This document shows, piece by piece, positions 1 to 8,937 of a stretch of DNA of 64,000 nucleotides. The notes beneath the pieces were generated by a model. It saw only the letters and a program-made list of their open reading frames with translations. It was not told the origin of the DNA and made no database searches. Within the stretch, counting starts at the first letter, position 1. Each line of letters opens with the position of its first letter. Made by a program: the position numbers and the translations under genes. Source of the DNA: a virus (taxonomy: Duplodnaviria > Caudoviricetes); IMG/VR virus record IMGVR_UViG_3300010429_001810, positions 1,283-65,282 of that record; one strand, 5' to 3'.

Positions 1-220
1 AAATAGATCCAATCATCGGAATCTAATTTTTTCCAGTCACAGTATTTTGAAAACTCTGGCATGTGTTCCAATAAACATGCCCAATCCCAACCATCCAATT
101 CTTCCCATGGAGCGAATTGTTCAATTTCAGCTTGATTCTCTGCTACATAATTTTCTAAATCTTTCCACGTTTCCATCATATTCTCCAGTGAAAGTCATTT
201 TTGGCTTGTGGAATAAGTGT

Positions 221-460
221 TTACCAATCTTCCCGTGTAGTATCACGGCGTTTTGCCACATCTCGGGCCGATTTCAAATCCAATGCCAATTCTTCCAATC
301 CAATTCTTAAAAACCAGTGGATGTCAGCATCATCCACCTCTTGTATCTCCGTTCCCACCACTTCTTGATCTCCAACCAAGTACCACTCTTCATCTTGGTG
401 CTTGAATGTGAAAATCATCTGAGTGATGGATTTCTCCACGGGTTGTAATGTGACGTACAT
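221..460 (-). CDS. Hypothetical early protein (79 aa)
   Basis: ORF with GGAGAG RBS followed by TC-ATG start; no recognisable motif. Confidence 0.7.
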   Translation of the reverse strand: MYVTLQPVEKSITQMIFTFKHQDEEWYLVGDQEVVGTEIQEVDDADIHWFLRIGLEELALDLKSARDVAKRRDTTREDW

Positions 461-483
461 GATTTCTCTCCAAAGTAGTAAAT

Positions 484-503
484 CCCCACTCTTACAAGTG
501 GGG
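484..503 (-). terminator. Stem-loop downstream of the 327-aa ORF
   Basis: CCCCACT-cttaca-AGTGGGG inverted repeat just after the stop; weak U tract. Confidence 0.4.
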
Positions 504-511
504 CGTGATGA

Positions 512-1495
512 TTAAGCTGCTCTAGCCGCTTTTCCAGTCTTGGGCTTGGCAACCTGAACAGTGGGTTTGACCACGAGCGGCTTGACTTCTTCCGCTTTGT
601 TGGCATCAGCTAATTTCTTTGCTTGCAGCCTTTCCAACGCGGCATTGGCCGCTAAAGCAAAGTCTTTGGTGGATGATAACGTTTTAGCAACGGTTAATCC
701 ACCTTCAGCCAGCAGTCCCGCCAGTCGTTTTTGTGACTCAATCGCGCTTTGAACAACGTCATCCACGACCACTTCTTCCATGATGGGACGTTCCAATAAT
801 TCTTCCATGGTATCGCAGTAATCCGCACACCATGCATCTCGGTCGGATACGTCACCTTCCACGGTATCCATCTTGGGCGCAGTAATTCGCAGCTTTGAAA
901 GATTGTTGCAGTAATCCACGAAGCATGGATCTTCATTAACAACTTTGACTTCCAACATCTGGGCTAGCATCTCATCATACATAGCCCACGGTTCTTCATT
1001 GGAAATCTTTACTTTTGTGGGAGCTACACCGTTCTTTACTGAACGGGAAGTACCTACCCATAGTGATTGGGTAGCCGCCATACGCCAGCTCTGTGCCCAC
1101 GCAATGAATTCTTGCGGACGCCCGGTTTTAGCAGCATCTTTTGATTGATGCCGATCCACCTTGGACTTTTTGTTAGCGTTGAATGCCAACACAAACCTGG
1201 GTGAAGTTCCGCAAGCATAACCTACGGAAACTGGATCGGCAATCGTTTGGTACTCTTCCGGGATAAATTTCCCCGTTTGAAATTCTTTCCAATTCTCCAG
1301 CATCCATGCGACAGTCTGGAAATTCCCTTGGTTGCACAACAAATGCGCAAACATATTAGCTTCCATGCTCTTATTACTGACTGACAAACCTGCGGTAGCC
1401 GTAGCACACCGCTTGAGTTCTAAGCCGGTGATTCCTTTTACCAGTTTGATCAGTTCTTCACGCTGCGCTTTCGCAGCATCGTTCGTCTTAGCCAT
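512..1495 (-). CDS. Hypothetical protein (about 327 aa) with Ala/Lys/Pro-rich C-terminal tail
   Basis: Start refined to MAKTND (GGAG RBS upstream); ends KPLVVKPTVQVAKPKTGKAARAA. Confidence 0.8.
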   Translation of the reverse strand: MAKTNDAAKAQREELIKLVKGITGLELKRCATATAGLSVSNKSMEANMFAHLLCNQGNFQTVAWMLENWKEFQTGKFIPEEYQTIADPVSVGYACGTSPRFVLAFNANKKSKVDRHQSKDAAKTGRPQEFIAWAQSWRMAATQSLWVGTSRSVKNGVAPTKVKISNEEPWAMYDEMLAQMLEVKVVNEDPCFVDYCNNLSKLRITAPKMDTVEGDVSDRDAWCADYCDTMEELLERPIMEEVVVDDVVQSAIESQKRLAGLLAEGGLTVAKTLSSTKDFALAANAALERLQAKKLADANKAEEVKPLVVKPTVQVAKPKTGKAARAA

Positions 1496-1564
1496 GCTAT
1501 ATTCTCCATTGCGTATTAAAAAGTCTAAAAAAAGCGCCAAGCGATAACTCGCTGACGCGAATGA

Positions 1565-1593
1565 AGTTTAGCACACTTGAAAAGAATGTGCAA
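1565..1593 (-). promoter_or_regulatory. Sigma70-type promoter
   Basis: Minus strand TTGCAC-17 bp-TAAACT, intergenic and upstream of the 327-aa ORF. Confidence 0.75.
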
Positions 1594-1600
1594 GTATTTT

Positions 1601-1768
1601 TCAAAATTCTGGCAGTTGGATTACGTCCAGCACCTCATCAGCCCAAGTGGCTGCTCTCAATACTTGATGTTTAGCGTCCATCTCATCAAGTGCCATCAGC
1701 ATTAAATTGATTTCCGTTCCATGAAAATCATCTTCGATCACGTATACCACCACGACGTATTCTTTCAT
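1601..1768 (-). CDS. Small hypothetical protein (55 aa)
   Basis: GGAG RBS and TC-ATG start at MKEYVVV. Confidence 0.65.
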   Translation of the reverse strand: MKEYVVVVYVIEDDFHGTEINLMLMALDEMDAKHQVLRAATWADEVLDVIQLPEF

Positions 1769-1816
1769 GACAATTCTCCATAAAATGCGCAGCACACCAT
1801 GCGCTGGCGCGTTTGC

Positions 1817-1845
1817 AGCATATCATGCTGCGGAAGATTTTGCAA
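1817..1845 (-). promoter_or_regulatory. Sigma70-type promoter
   Basis: Minus strand TTGCAA-17 bp-TATGCT. Confidence 0.6.
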
Positions 1846-1853
1846 CTATTCCG

Positions 1854-2063
1854 TTAAGAGTGTTGCAAATTATTTGCAGAACTGAATGCACGATCTCCAC
1901 GTTTATCCCAACATGACGGATAAACAATCTGCTGTTTACGACTCTCATAAAGTGCCGAACCGTCTAAAAACAGTACCAAAGTGACATCAGGCGCCAGTAT
2001 AATCTGAACGCCTAAATCTTCGTATCCGAATAGTACGTATTTTTCTGCCATGCTACCGTTCAT
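1854..2063 (-). CDS. Small hypothetical protein
   Basis: ORF coupled to the upstream gene by an ATGA overlap. Confidence 0.5.
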   Translation of the reverse strand: MNGSMAEKYVLFGYEDLGVQIILAPDVTLVLFLDGSALYESRKQQIVYPSCWDKRGDRAFSSANNLQHS

Positions 2064-2248
2064 TTCAGTTTCTCCAGTTCAACAATCTTAACAAGCCAAC
2101 TTCCGTTCATTAAAGAAACGGATTGGACTCTGGTTTTGTTACAGTATCGATCTGTAACAAATTTCATGATTTCTTCAATGTTCATGTCACCCCCCACCTG
2201 TTCCAACAGTATGGGGATGGAACTCTCCCATTGAATAAAAATCTTCAT
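2060..2248 (-). CDS. Small hypothetical protein
   Basis: GGAG RBS and TC-ATG at MKIF; alternative internal start MNIEE. Confidence 0.55.
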   Translation of the reverse strand: MKIFIQWESSIPILLEQVGGDMNIEEIMKFVTDRYCNKTRVQSVSLMNGSWLVKIVELEKLK

Positions 2249-2267
2249 GAAAAACATCTCCGTAAAA

Positions 2268-2310
2268 TGGGTACATTGGAATAATGATCTTGATTATTCC
2301 AATGTACCCA
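2268..2310. other. Perfect 18-bp inverted repeat (intergenic hairpin)
   Basis: TGGGTACATTGGAATAAT-7 nt-ATTATTCCAATGTACCCA. Confidence 0.85.
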
Positions 2311-2334
2311 CTCCATTAAGAGTGGGTGGTGGTT

Positions 2335-2610
2335 TTAAATTAGACCGCTGAATTTCTTATTAAACCATCCAAGAATCTTCATTGGATGGTCAGTCTTGAA
2401 AATTTTTTCATCGAAGTCCCACACGATGAACGTCTTGGTGTCAGCATCCATGCAAATCTCATACGGACCGACAGACAACGACCACCAGCCATCGTCATCT
2501 TCACTTTCCCACAAATCTGTGTCAAAGTTATCTTCGTGAAGCATTGTTTGCAACGCTTCTAGCATGGTGCGCTCATCTAGCATTCGGTAAGCATTGGATG
2601 GATTTTTCAT
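2335..2610 (-). CDS. Hypothetical protein (91 aa, acidic)
   Basis: ORF with GAGGG RBS and TC-ATG start. Confidence 0.7.
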   Translation of the reverse strand: MKNPSNAYRMLDERTMLEALQTMLHEDNFDTDLWESEDDDGWWSLSVGPYEICMDADTKTFIVWDFDEKIFKTDHPMKILGWFNKKFSGLI

Positions 2611-2613
2611 GAC

Positions 2614-2811
2614 TTAGCCCTCGACAATTTCAGTTTCGCAAGCATTCCAATCTTCCAACACTAACCGGAATTGGTCTTCGGAATGCCGTTGACGAATCGT
2701 TTTCAGCAAAGCCTTTGCTCTTTCACGGGTAATGGGTCGAACAGATTGGAAATCAGTCCAATGTTCGGATTCTTTGATCTGAATGATCGCATTACTGATA
2801 TTTTTAAGCAT
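2614..2811 (-). CDS. Hypothetical protein (65 aa)
   Basis: ORF with GGAGAG RBS, tightly packed. Confidence 0.7.
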   Translation of the reverse strand: MLKNISNAIIQIKESEHWTDFQSVRPITRERAKALLKTIRQRHSEDQFRLVLEDWNACETEIVEG

Positions 2812-3035
2812 TATAGTCTCTCCACGACGATTTTAATCGTCTCAGTACCGTTGTAACATTCGAAACCTTCACGCACACTTCCTTGTATGCTGTAGCCTTT
2901 TTGCTGCAATAGTCCACGCAGCTCTTTCAAAAACTGCACCATCCGGGTGCCATCTTTGACATCGGTTAGTCTTTTGCCTTGCCGTAACACATCTACGGCA
3001 TACGAATTTCTGGGTAAAATACCTGTTAAGTTCAT
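2811..3035 (-). CDS. Hypothetical protein (74 aa)
   Basis: Start refined to MNLTG (GGAG RBS, TC-ATG). Confidence 0.65.
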   Translation of the reverse strand: MNLTGILPRNSYAVDVLRQGKRLTDVKDGTRMVQFLKELRGLLQQKGYSIQGSVREGFECYNGTETIKIVVERL

Positions 3036-3037
3036 GA

Positions 3038-3145
3038 TTATTTCTCCGTAAGTTCTTTCACAGTCATGGGGCGGGCTAATAAAAGCCCATCTACGAATAA
3101 CCACGCCAGTGTTAAAGCTCTGGCGTAAGCTTGTTCTTTACTCAT
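3038..3145 (-). CDS. Small protein (35 aa), not in the ORF track
   Basis: GGAGAATTGAAC-ATG; MSKEQAYARALTLAWLFVDGLLLARPMTVKELTEK; stop 2 nt before the next start. Confidence 0.55.
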   Translation of the reverse strand: MSKEQAYARALTLAWLFVDGLLLARPMTVKELTEK

Positions 3146-3169
3146 GTTCAATTCTCCGTGAGTAAGTTC

Positions 3170-3445
3170 TCAATCGTCAAGTATGGCGAAGCGAGCCACA
3201 AATCCCGCATTGGCTTTTTCAGCGTTCTGGAAAATGTGTAAAGGAATGAAATAGCAGTTGATGTTACTCGCTGCTAAATCTTTGAACGTTCTTTGATCTG
3301 AACGATCCCAATACTTACGTTCGACTTCATAATCGATTTCTCCAGTGTGGAAATTGTAAACGATGTAGCCGTTTACCTTTTGCGCATTTTCTTGCGCAAT
3401 ATCTCCAAAACATTCATTAGTTTGATACATACATAATTCTCCCAA
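3170..3445 (-). CDS. Hypothetical protein
   Basis: ORF in the early array; true start probably MYQTNE after the GGGAG RBS. Confidence 0.65.
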   Translation of the reverse strand: MGELCMYQTNECFGDIAQENAQKVNGYIVYNFHTGEIDYEVERKYWDRSDQRTFKDLAASNINCYFIPLHIFQNAEKANAGFVARFAILDD

Positions 3446-3448
3446 AAG

Positions 3449-3589
3449 TTAAAAGTCTGAACAAATACGCCAAGCATAACTAGCTTGGCGCAACCCATTG
3501 TAAATCCATTTAAAAGAGTTTGCAAACATTATTTTCATGACATCTGAAAACAAATCCACCAAATTCATAGACATAGTTTTCAACGCCAT
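3449..3589 (-). CDS. Small hypothetical protein (46 aa)
   Basis: GGGAG RBS before MALKT; fills the gap between neighbours. Confidence 0.4.
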   Translation of the reverse strand: MALKTMSMNLVDLFSDVMKIMFANSFKWIYNGLRQASYAWRICSDF

Positions 3590-3609
3590 GTTAACGTCTG
3601 CTCCCAAAT

Positions 3610-3885
3610 TCAGAAGCCCGTCACATGCTCCCAAGCACAAAGATCGTCTTTTTCCCGTTTGGCAGTCCGCAAAGTAACACCTTGTTCCAAGGTCTCAATT
3701 TCGTGGTTAAATCTTTCAAATTCGGTTTCTTCATCCGAACAGTAATCCAGAGCGTTATACACTCTTTCATGCTTGTTCCAACAAAGATCAATTCCGTGTT
3801 GAATTTGATCTTCATCAACGACTACGAAGAACTGACGCAGCTCTAAACTGCACGAATTCTTGAAACGAATGACAAATTGTTTCAT
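3610..3885 (-). CDS. Hypothetical protein (91 aa)
   Basis: GGAG RBS and TC-ATG start. Confidence 0.7.
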   Translation of the reverse strand: MKQFVIRFKNSCSLELRQFFVVVDEDQIQHGIDLCWNKHERVYNALDYCSDEETEFERFNHEIETLEQGVTLRTAKREKDDLCAWEHVTGF

Positions 3886-3959
3886 GATTTAAACTCCAAT
3901 GTGCGGTAGAGTGTTCACACACTCTCTTAAAAGACAAAATCACCTGAAATCGCCGGTTG

Positions 3960-4001
3960 AAAAAACGGTAGAAATAACAGTTGTTATTCACTACCGTTTT
4001 T
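3960..4001 (-). terminator. Intrinsic terminator after the 749-aa ORF
   Basis: AAAAACGGTAG...CTACCGTTTTT stem with inner AATAAC/GTTATT; A/T runs on both sides. Confidence 0.8.
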
Positions 4002-4017
4002 GTTTCATATGAAACAA
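4000..4017. promoter_or_regulatory. parS-like/operator palindrome, copy 1
   Basis: TTGTTTCATATGAAACAA; the same motif recurs six times at 13.1-15.2 kb. Confidence 0.7.
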
Positions 4018-4018
4018 A

Positions 4019-6268
4019 TTACTTCAAACCCGCCCATGTTTGATTGCGAACCTCTCCATCGAAAAACATCTTGCGGAATAGTACGGGTTTCCGATAAGCT
4101 GACAATATCTGCTTAATATCGGAAGTATCCATCCCACAATCTTCCACTAGTTGCCGTGCTTTTTGCAACCGATTTAACTCTTCCCTGTTGATACATCTTG
4201 CAAGCACAGTCACATCTGCCGGGAACAAATGTTCACGAATGTTTAACCATGGCGAATCTCCATCCATGTATACCGACTCTATCGACAAATCGTTCAACCG
4301 GATCATGTAACTCTTTAGCATCCGGTCACGATCATCTTTCGACAATTCCAAACTACCCGTAGCAAAACCCCGATTATCTTCCAACACATCCCGCATCTTG
4401 TCAACAATCGGAGCGATCTCAGCATGAAACTCTGGATCGTCAATTCCCGCTTCATTAATCTTTCGTAATCCCGCAACGGATTCTTTCCGTTGTCCATTCA
4501 ACTCTTTACCACGGAACAACTCTTCACCCGCAAATTCTGGGAAGTTGAAGTCCAATGCGGTAAACAGCTTTTCCATTTTTCCAGCGTCAATGATCTTGGA
4601 ACGACCGTTACCGCACACTTCACCAATGAATTCTCCATCAGCGAATTCCGCTTCAAATCCAGCAACCACACGCTCTGGTGAACAAGTGATTTCCAACCAT
4701 AGCGTACTTTCCGTCAGTACACAAGATCGTGCACCGTTGACCGTACATGATTTGTCCCCGTTCCGAATCTTACCGGACTTGGACTTGTACATCTTACCCA
4801 CATTCTTCGAAGCATTCCGAGCCAATTCCCGATTGGCGTTCTTCGTCGAAGCCACCCATGATTTAGCCAGCATCTTCCGTGCCGCTTCCAAGTACGTCAT
4901 ACCCGACTCTTGATCGTAAACATTATCGTAGTAATCGGAAACGTCATTGTCTCCAACTAAATTCTCCACGGAATTGTTCCGTTTACCACCGAGCAGTTTG
5001 CGAATCTGATCATCCAAATTCCACTGGATGTATCTCTCGCAGTTCTGCTGTTGCCGCATCGCATCCAAATGCGGAACAAAAATCTTCGGAGCCAAACCAT
5101 TCTTGTTCAGCCGTGACGCACTAACACCTGCCATGGCGTTGATTGCCAACTTCCGACAATCTTTGTTCGGAAATTTCCAAGCGTAGTATGATTCCAACGG
5201 ATTTGGACAATCTGCCATCCAAGCTTCCAGTACGGAAAAGTCTCCAGCTTCCGCACAGTATGCCGAAAGTTCTCCATGGCATGAATTCCATGCGGACAAA
5301 TTGACCGCTTCACCTCCCACGTTGATCCACCCATCTGAACACCTACATTGCCGATGACGGACATGGTCTACCAATCCGACCATGAACACTTCACGGCTCT
5401 GCTTCCCACTTGCCATGTTGCCGTTGCCCGCATTCTTCGAACCCGATTCTTGGGCTTGGGATTCCGAACTACCCATCGGAATTGAAATCACCTTAAGTGA
5501 TTCAAACTCCTCTTTTAACATGATCCCACACTCGATGGAATTCTCCAGCGGTTCATGCACCAACACTTCTCGACCGTCAATCTCAATGCTTGGATGTTTC
5601 GCCACCTCGACGGGCCGCAATGAAATCACAGTCTGCCCGTATTGCCGGCTGGACGACATAAACGTGGGCTTGTTCTTTTCATTCAAGCCACCATCGAAAA
5701 TCTTGACAGTGCCAGCGGATTGACTACCACGGGGATTCTTCAACTGTGCATCCCAATCCGAACCGAACTTCTCAGTCATGGCAACATCGAACGCACTCTT
5801 TACCCGGCGTTCAGTGACTACAGCACCAGCACCCATCGGAGTTGTGGAAATACGGTCAATCACTTTTTCATCTTCGAAAAACTGACCGTCGATTTCAACA
5901 ATCTCTTTCACAGTTTCTTGCCAGTGATATTCGGCACCACTTCCTGAAACCGTGGTGTGGACAGCACAATCGACTTCCATATCTTCGGTATCCATCCGTC
6001 TGACAAGCTCCAGTTTGAAACACGCTTCCTGCATGGATAATTCTTCCCGGTGATTCACCGGATCAAACTGTGAGCCACCCATCTTAATCCACTCCATCAA
6101 GTCAGCTCTGGACAAGCTGCTGCGGTATGCAATTAAATCGCTGGCATCTAAGCCACCGAAATTCAAATTCTCCACAGCACTCCATACTGCCGATACCACG
6201 GCGGTATCTGCACAGTGTACTTCCAGCCGGAGCTTCATCTCCAGCAAACGTTGGTCAATGTGATTCAT
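4019..6268 (-). CDS. Large orphan protein (749 aa)
   Basis: Long ORF with GGAG RBS and TC-ATG; no motif recognised. Confidence 0.9.
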   Translation of the reverse strand: MNHIDQRLLEMKLRLEVHCADTAVVSAVWSAVENLNFGGLDASDLIAYRSSLSRADLMEWIKMGGSQFDPVNHREELSMQEACFKLELVRRMDTEDMEVDCAVHTTVSGSGAEYHWQETVKEIVEIDGQFFEDEKVIDRISTTPMGAGAVVTERRVKSAFDVAMTEKFGSDWDAQLKNPRGSQSAGTVKIFDGGLNEKNKPTFMSSSRQYGQTVISLRPVEVAKHPSIEIDGREVLVHEPLENSIECGIMLKEEFESLKVISIPMGSSESQAQESGSKNAGNGNMASGKQSREVFMVGLVDHVRHRQCRCSDGWINVGGEAVNLSAWNSCHGELSAYCAEAGDFSVLEAWMADCPNPLESYYAWKFPNKDCRKLAINAMAGVSASRLNKNGLAPKIFVPHLDAMRQQQNCERYIQWNLDDQIRKLLGGKRNNSVENLVGDNDVSDYYDNVYDQESGMTYLEAARKMLAKSWVASTKNANRELARNASKNVGKMYKSKSGKIRNGDKSCTVNGARSCVLTESTLWLEITCSPERVVAGFEAEFADGEFIGEVCGNGRSKIIDAGKMEKLFTALDFNFPEFAGEELFRGKELNGQRKESVAGLRKINEAGIDDPEFHAEIAPIVDKMRDVLEDNRGFATGSLELSKDDRDRMLKSYMIRLNDLSIESVYMDGDSPWLNIREHLFPADVTVLARCINREELNRLQKARQLVEDCGMDTSDIKQILSAYRKPVLFRKMFFDGEVRNQTWAGLK

Positions 6269-6528
6269 GACTAATTCTCCGTAGTTGAACCAAAGTTCTT
6301 GCCAAATCCACCATCAAAACGGAATTTGGCAAGTGTAGTTTACCACAATTACTCAGATATTGCTATCGAATCTGGGTAAAGTGAACGAGTGTTCGTTTCC
6401 AGTCTTCATCGAAACTGCGGACTGGAACGTTGAAAAGTTGAAAGATGAAGAACCCGATGGTTCCCAAAGCAAAAGATGCTTGGGAATTTCTGGTAGTACA
6501 AAACAGCACAACCATTCCAGGAAGTGTT

Positions 6529-6801
6529 TCATTCTTCCGTCACATAAAAATATCTGTGGTCGGGATACTGATTGAACATGAATTCATCAGCCAGAAAGTA
6601 CGCAGTTTGGAAAAACACCTGACAAGCATCGGGGTCAAAATACTCGAATGTCTGTTCGATGACAAACGAATTATCTGATAGTTTCAGCACCAAACTGTCG
6701 TCATCGAAGACATGCATTTCTCGAATATCGGAATATTCGAGTTTCATTTGAGATTCGACTGTCATCTCAGCGAGTGACAAACAAATGTTTTTCTTACTCA
6801 T
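6529..6801 (-). CDS. Hypothetical protein (90 aa)
   Basis: GGAGA RBS and TC-ATG start. Confidence 0.7.
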   Translation of the reverse strand: MSKKNICLSLAEMTVESQMKLEYSDIREMHVFDDDSLVLKLSDNSFVIEQTFEYFDPDACQVFFQTAYFLADEFMFNQYPDHRYFYVTEE

Positions 6802-6950
6802 GATTAATTTCTCCGGTTGTCAAACAATCTGGTCAAAGTGACCATTGAAAAATGATGCTGACGCATCCATGATAAACCCGATTTGCAGAGTTTTCAATGC
6901 ATTTCGATTGAATTTCTGCGGGTGGGATTCAAAACCCGATTCAAAATCGT

Positions 6951-7058
6951 CTGGAAACCCGTCAAAAATGTTTGACAAGCCATGAAATCCAGAAAGTGGT
7001 ATCCAAGTACCACTTTGAGAGGAACGTGGCTAAAATCGTCTCGTTGACGGGTTTCCAG
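6951..7058 (-). ncRNA. Candidate structured 5' leader or ncRNA
   Basis: 15-bp perfect outer stem (6951-6965 with 7044-7058) enclosing a 9-bp hairpin (6993-7016), downstream of the promoter at 7251-7279. Confidence 0.35.
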
Positions 7059-7250
7059 GGGTGTTGAGTTTCGATTGAGAGATCCATTTCATCTTATTCA
7101 TCATTGGATGAAGAGTTGTTCAAATTTCTGGATCGGAATTTTTGAAAATGAACGTGAGAAATTTGAGTAAAAATTCAAAATCAGGATAAAATTCTTGAAT
7201 AATAATTTCTGGATAAAGTGAACAAGTACTCCCTCCCGGTCGGTGAATCC

Positions 7251-7279
7251 AGTTTAGCATATTTTTTCAAGAGTGTCAA
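7251..7279 (-). promoter_or_regulatory. Sigma70-type promoter
   Basis: Minus strand TTGACA-17 bp-TGcTAAACT (extended -10). Confidence 0.8.
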
Positions 7280-7718
7280 GCTTTTTAATTCAATCATTAA
7301 GAGTTTCATATTACGTAATTACGGTATAACTCTTCATGATTGAATTTTGAAGTATGGAGAGCTGGAATGGAATCTTCGATATAACTCTTTCAAATTTCAA
7401 TCTCAGTATGGAGAGTTTGCAACGCCGACTCTGCTTCTGCTCCCAAATAAGAAACATGGAAAGTGAATTTCTGGTGATACAGTATGCAGATAGTGGGTCG
7501 AAATAAGTAATATCTCGTCAAGTTTCTGTGACGGTGCTGGACTCTTTAGTATGTTAATCGTGATCTGTTAATGCAGATAGTGTATAATCAAGTTGACAAA
7601 ATTTCTGGAAATCCCGGTGCCACAACTTTAAATTCTCTGAACTCTGCCAAAAACTGGAAATTATTATTTTTGTGACAGTACTCGATCTGCTTACGATCAA
7701 CAAAGTGTATAATGACAC

Positions 7719-7747
7719 TTGACAAATGGCTTTACACATGTTATAAT
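7719..7747 (+). promoter_or_regulatory. Consensus sigma70 promoter for the HNH gene
   Basis: TTGACA-17 bp-TATAAT with extended -10 TG, 30 bp upstream of the ATG. Confidence 0.9.
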
Positions 7748-7776
7748 ATGCTTTTAATTAATCAGAGTAAGATGTT

Positions 7777-8388
7777 ATGAAAAAATTGTCGTTGGAAGAG
7801 CGTTGGCTTGCAAGAGTTGCTGAACCTTCGGATGATAACTCTTGTTGGTTGTGGAAAGGAAGTATATCAAGTCAAGGATACGGAAAGTTGCGAGTGGAAG
7901 GTAAGGACTTGTTAGCACATCAGATCGGGTGGAAACTTGCAGGTAATGACTCTTCGCCAAAAGGATCTGCACTTCGGAATCAATGTGGTAATGTACTCTG
8001 TGTGAATCCACAACATTGGAAAATTTTACCATTGCACCTTAACCTGGGAACAGCGCGTGTTGCTGTGAGATCAAGAACAAAAGAGCAACGGATGGAAGAT
8101 TTCGCTAACAAGATCAATGAAAATGGATCTTTGATTTTGGATACACCTTGTTGGGAATGGATGGGAACAAAGAATCCAAATGGATATGGATTGTTTAGTT
8201 CCAGATATTTTTCTGGAGCAGCACACAGAGCTTCATGGGAAATCTTTGTTGGGCCGATTCCAGATGGGCTTTTTATCTGTCATAAGTGTGATAACAAGTC
8301 TTGTGTAAATCCCGAACATTTGTTCTTGGGTACACAGTATGACAATATGCAAGATAAGGCACAAAAAGATCGGTTAGCAAAGATCTAA
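7777..8388 (+). CDS. HNH homing endonuclease with tandem HNH units
   Basis: CWLWKG..GYG..AHQIGW..CGNVLCVNPQH, then CWEWMG..GYG..AHRASW..CHKCDNKSCVNPEHLFLGT..NMQD. Confidence 0.9.
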   Translation: MKKLSLEERWLARVAEPSDDNSCWLWKGSISSQGYGKLRVEGKDLLAHQIGWKLAGNDSSPKGSALRNQCGNVLCVNPQHWKILPLHLNLGTARVAVRSRTKEQRMEDFANKINENGSLILDTPCWEWMGTKNPNGYGLFSSRYFSGAAHRASWEIFVGPIPDGLFICHKCDNKSCVNPEHLFLGTQYDNMQDKAQKDRLAKI

Positions 8389-8404
8389 CTTCTACCCCAT
8401 AGTC

Positions 8405-8456
8405 AATTCAGCATGAAGGTATTACATAAACCACGTATTACCTTCATGCTTGAATT
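8405..8456. terminator. Bidirectional terminator between convergent genes
   Basis: AGCATGAAGGTATTAC...GTATTACCTTCATGCT long stem with one mismatch. Confidence 0.7.
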
Positions 8457-8463
8457 TGGTCAT

Positions 8464-8937
8464 TCAACTCTCCAGTATCGTGGGGTTGCTAAAAGATTTA
8501 CACCAATCCACATAAGGTGTAGTTCCCATTTCTTCCCGCATGATCTTCTTCCAAATCCGTCCATGTTGCATCTGGGACTGATACTTCTTTAACACTGTCA
8601 TGGCGTTCGCAGTCGTCATCTGCATCATGCCCCGCTGGAAGTGAAGGAAGTGGGCCATCTCATGACATGCTGTATTCGCTACAGACATCAAGATCTCATC
8701 CTGGGTCCACCCGTCACACATCTTTAAAACATCATTGGGATAGATCGTGATGATGCTCTCCGTGTGCAGATCACCATAAAGTCTCCAGTAGAAGAGTCCA
8801 GCGATGTTATCTTCGGGCCACAGCGGTTCAGTGATCTTTAAGCTATGTTTCTTAAAGATTGTTTTGTCAATCAGATCGGACTGAATGATCTTGTTACAGC
8901 ACATCTTGAAGTGCTTGAATACCAGATTCGCTTTCAT
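8464..8937 (-). CDS. SprT-like zinc metalloprotease, paralog 1
   Basis: ACHEMAH (HExxH) plus downstream HGRIWKKIM. Confidence 0.7.
   Translation of the reverse strand: MKANLVFKHFKMCCNKIIQSDLIDKTIFKKHSLKITEPLWPEDNIAGLFYWRLYGDLHTESIITIYPNDVLKMCDGWTQDEILMSVANTACHEMAHFLHFQRGMMQMTTANAMTVLKKYQSQMQHGRIWKKIMREEMGTTPYVDWCKSFSNPTILES

Noticed and set aside
4255-4290. MDGD in the 749-aa protein as an RNA polymerase catalytic motif
   Set aside because: It lacks the DxDGD/NADFDGD context and any other polymerase motif
6915-7000. tRNA-like sequence (GGGTTTTGAATCCC on the minus strand resembles a T arm)
   Set aside because: The T loop is non-canonical and I could not build acceptor, D or anticodon arms
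7334-7506. Possible 50-aa + strand ORF with repeated MES and TATAACTCTT...AGTATGGAGAG direct repeats
   Set aside because: No RBS or promoter; the repeats are short and degenerate, so neither reading is supportable
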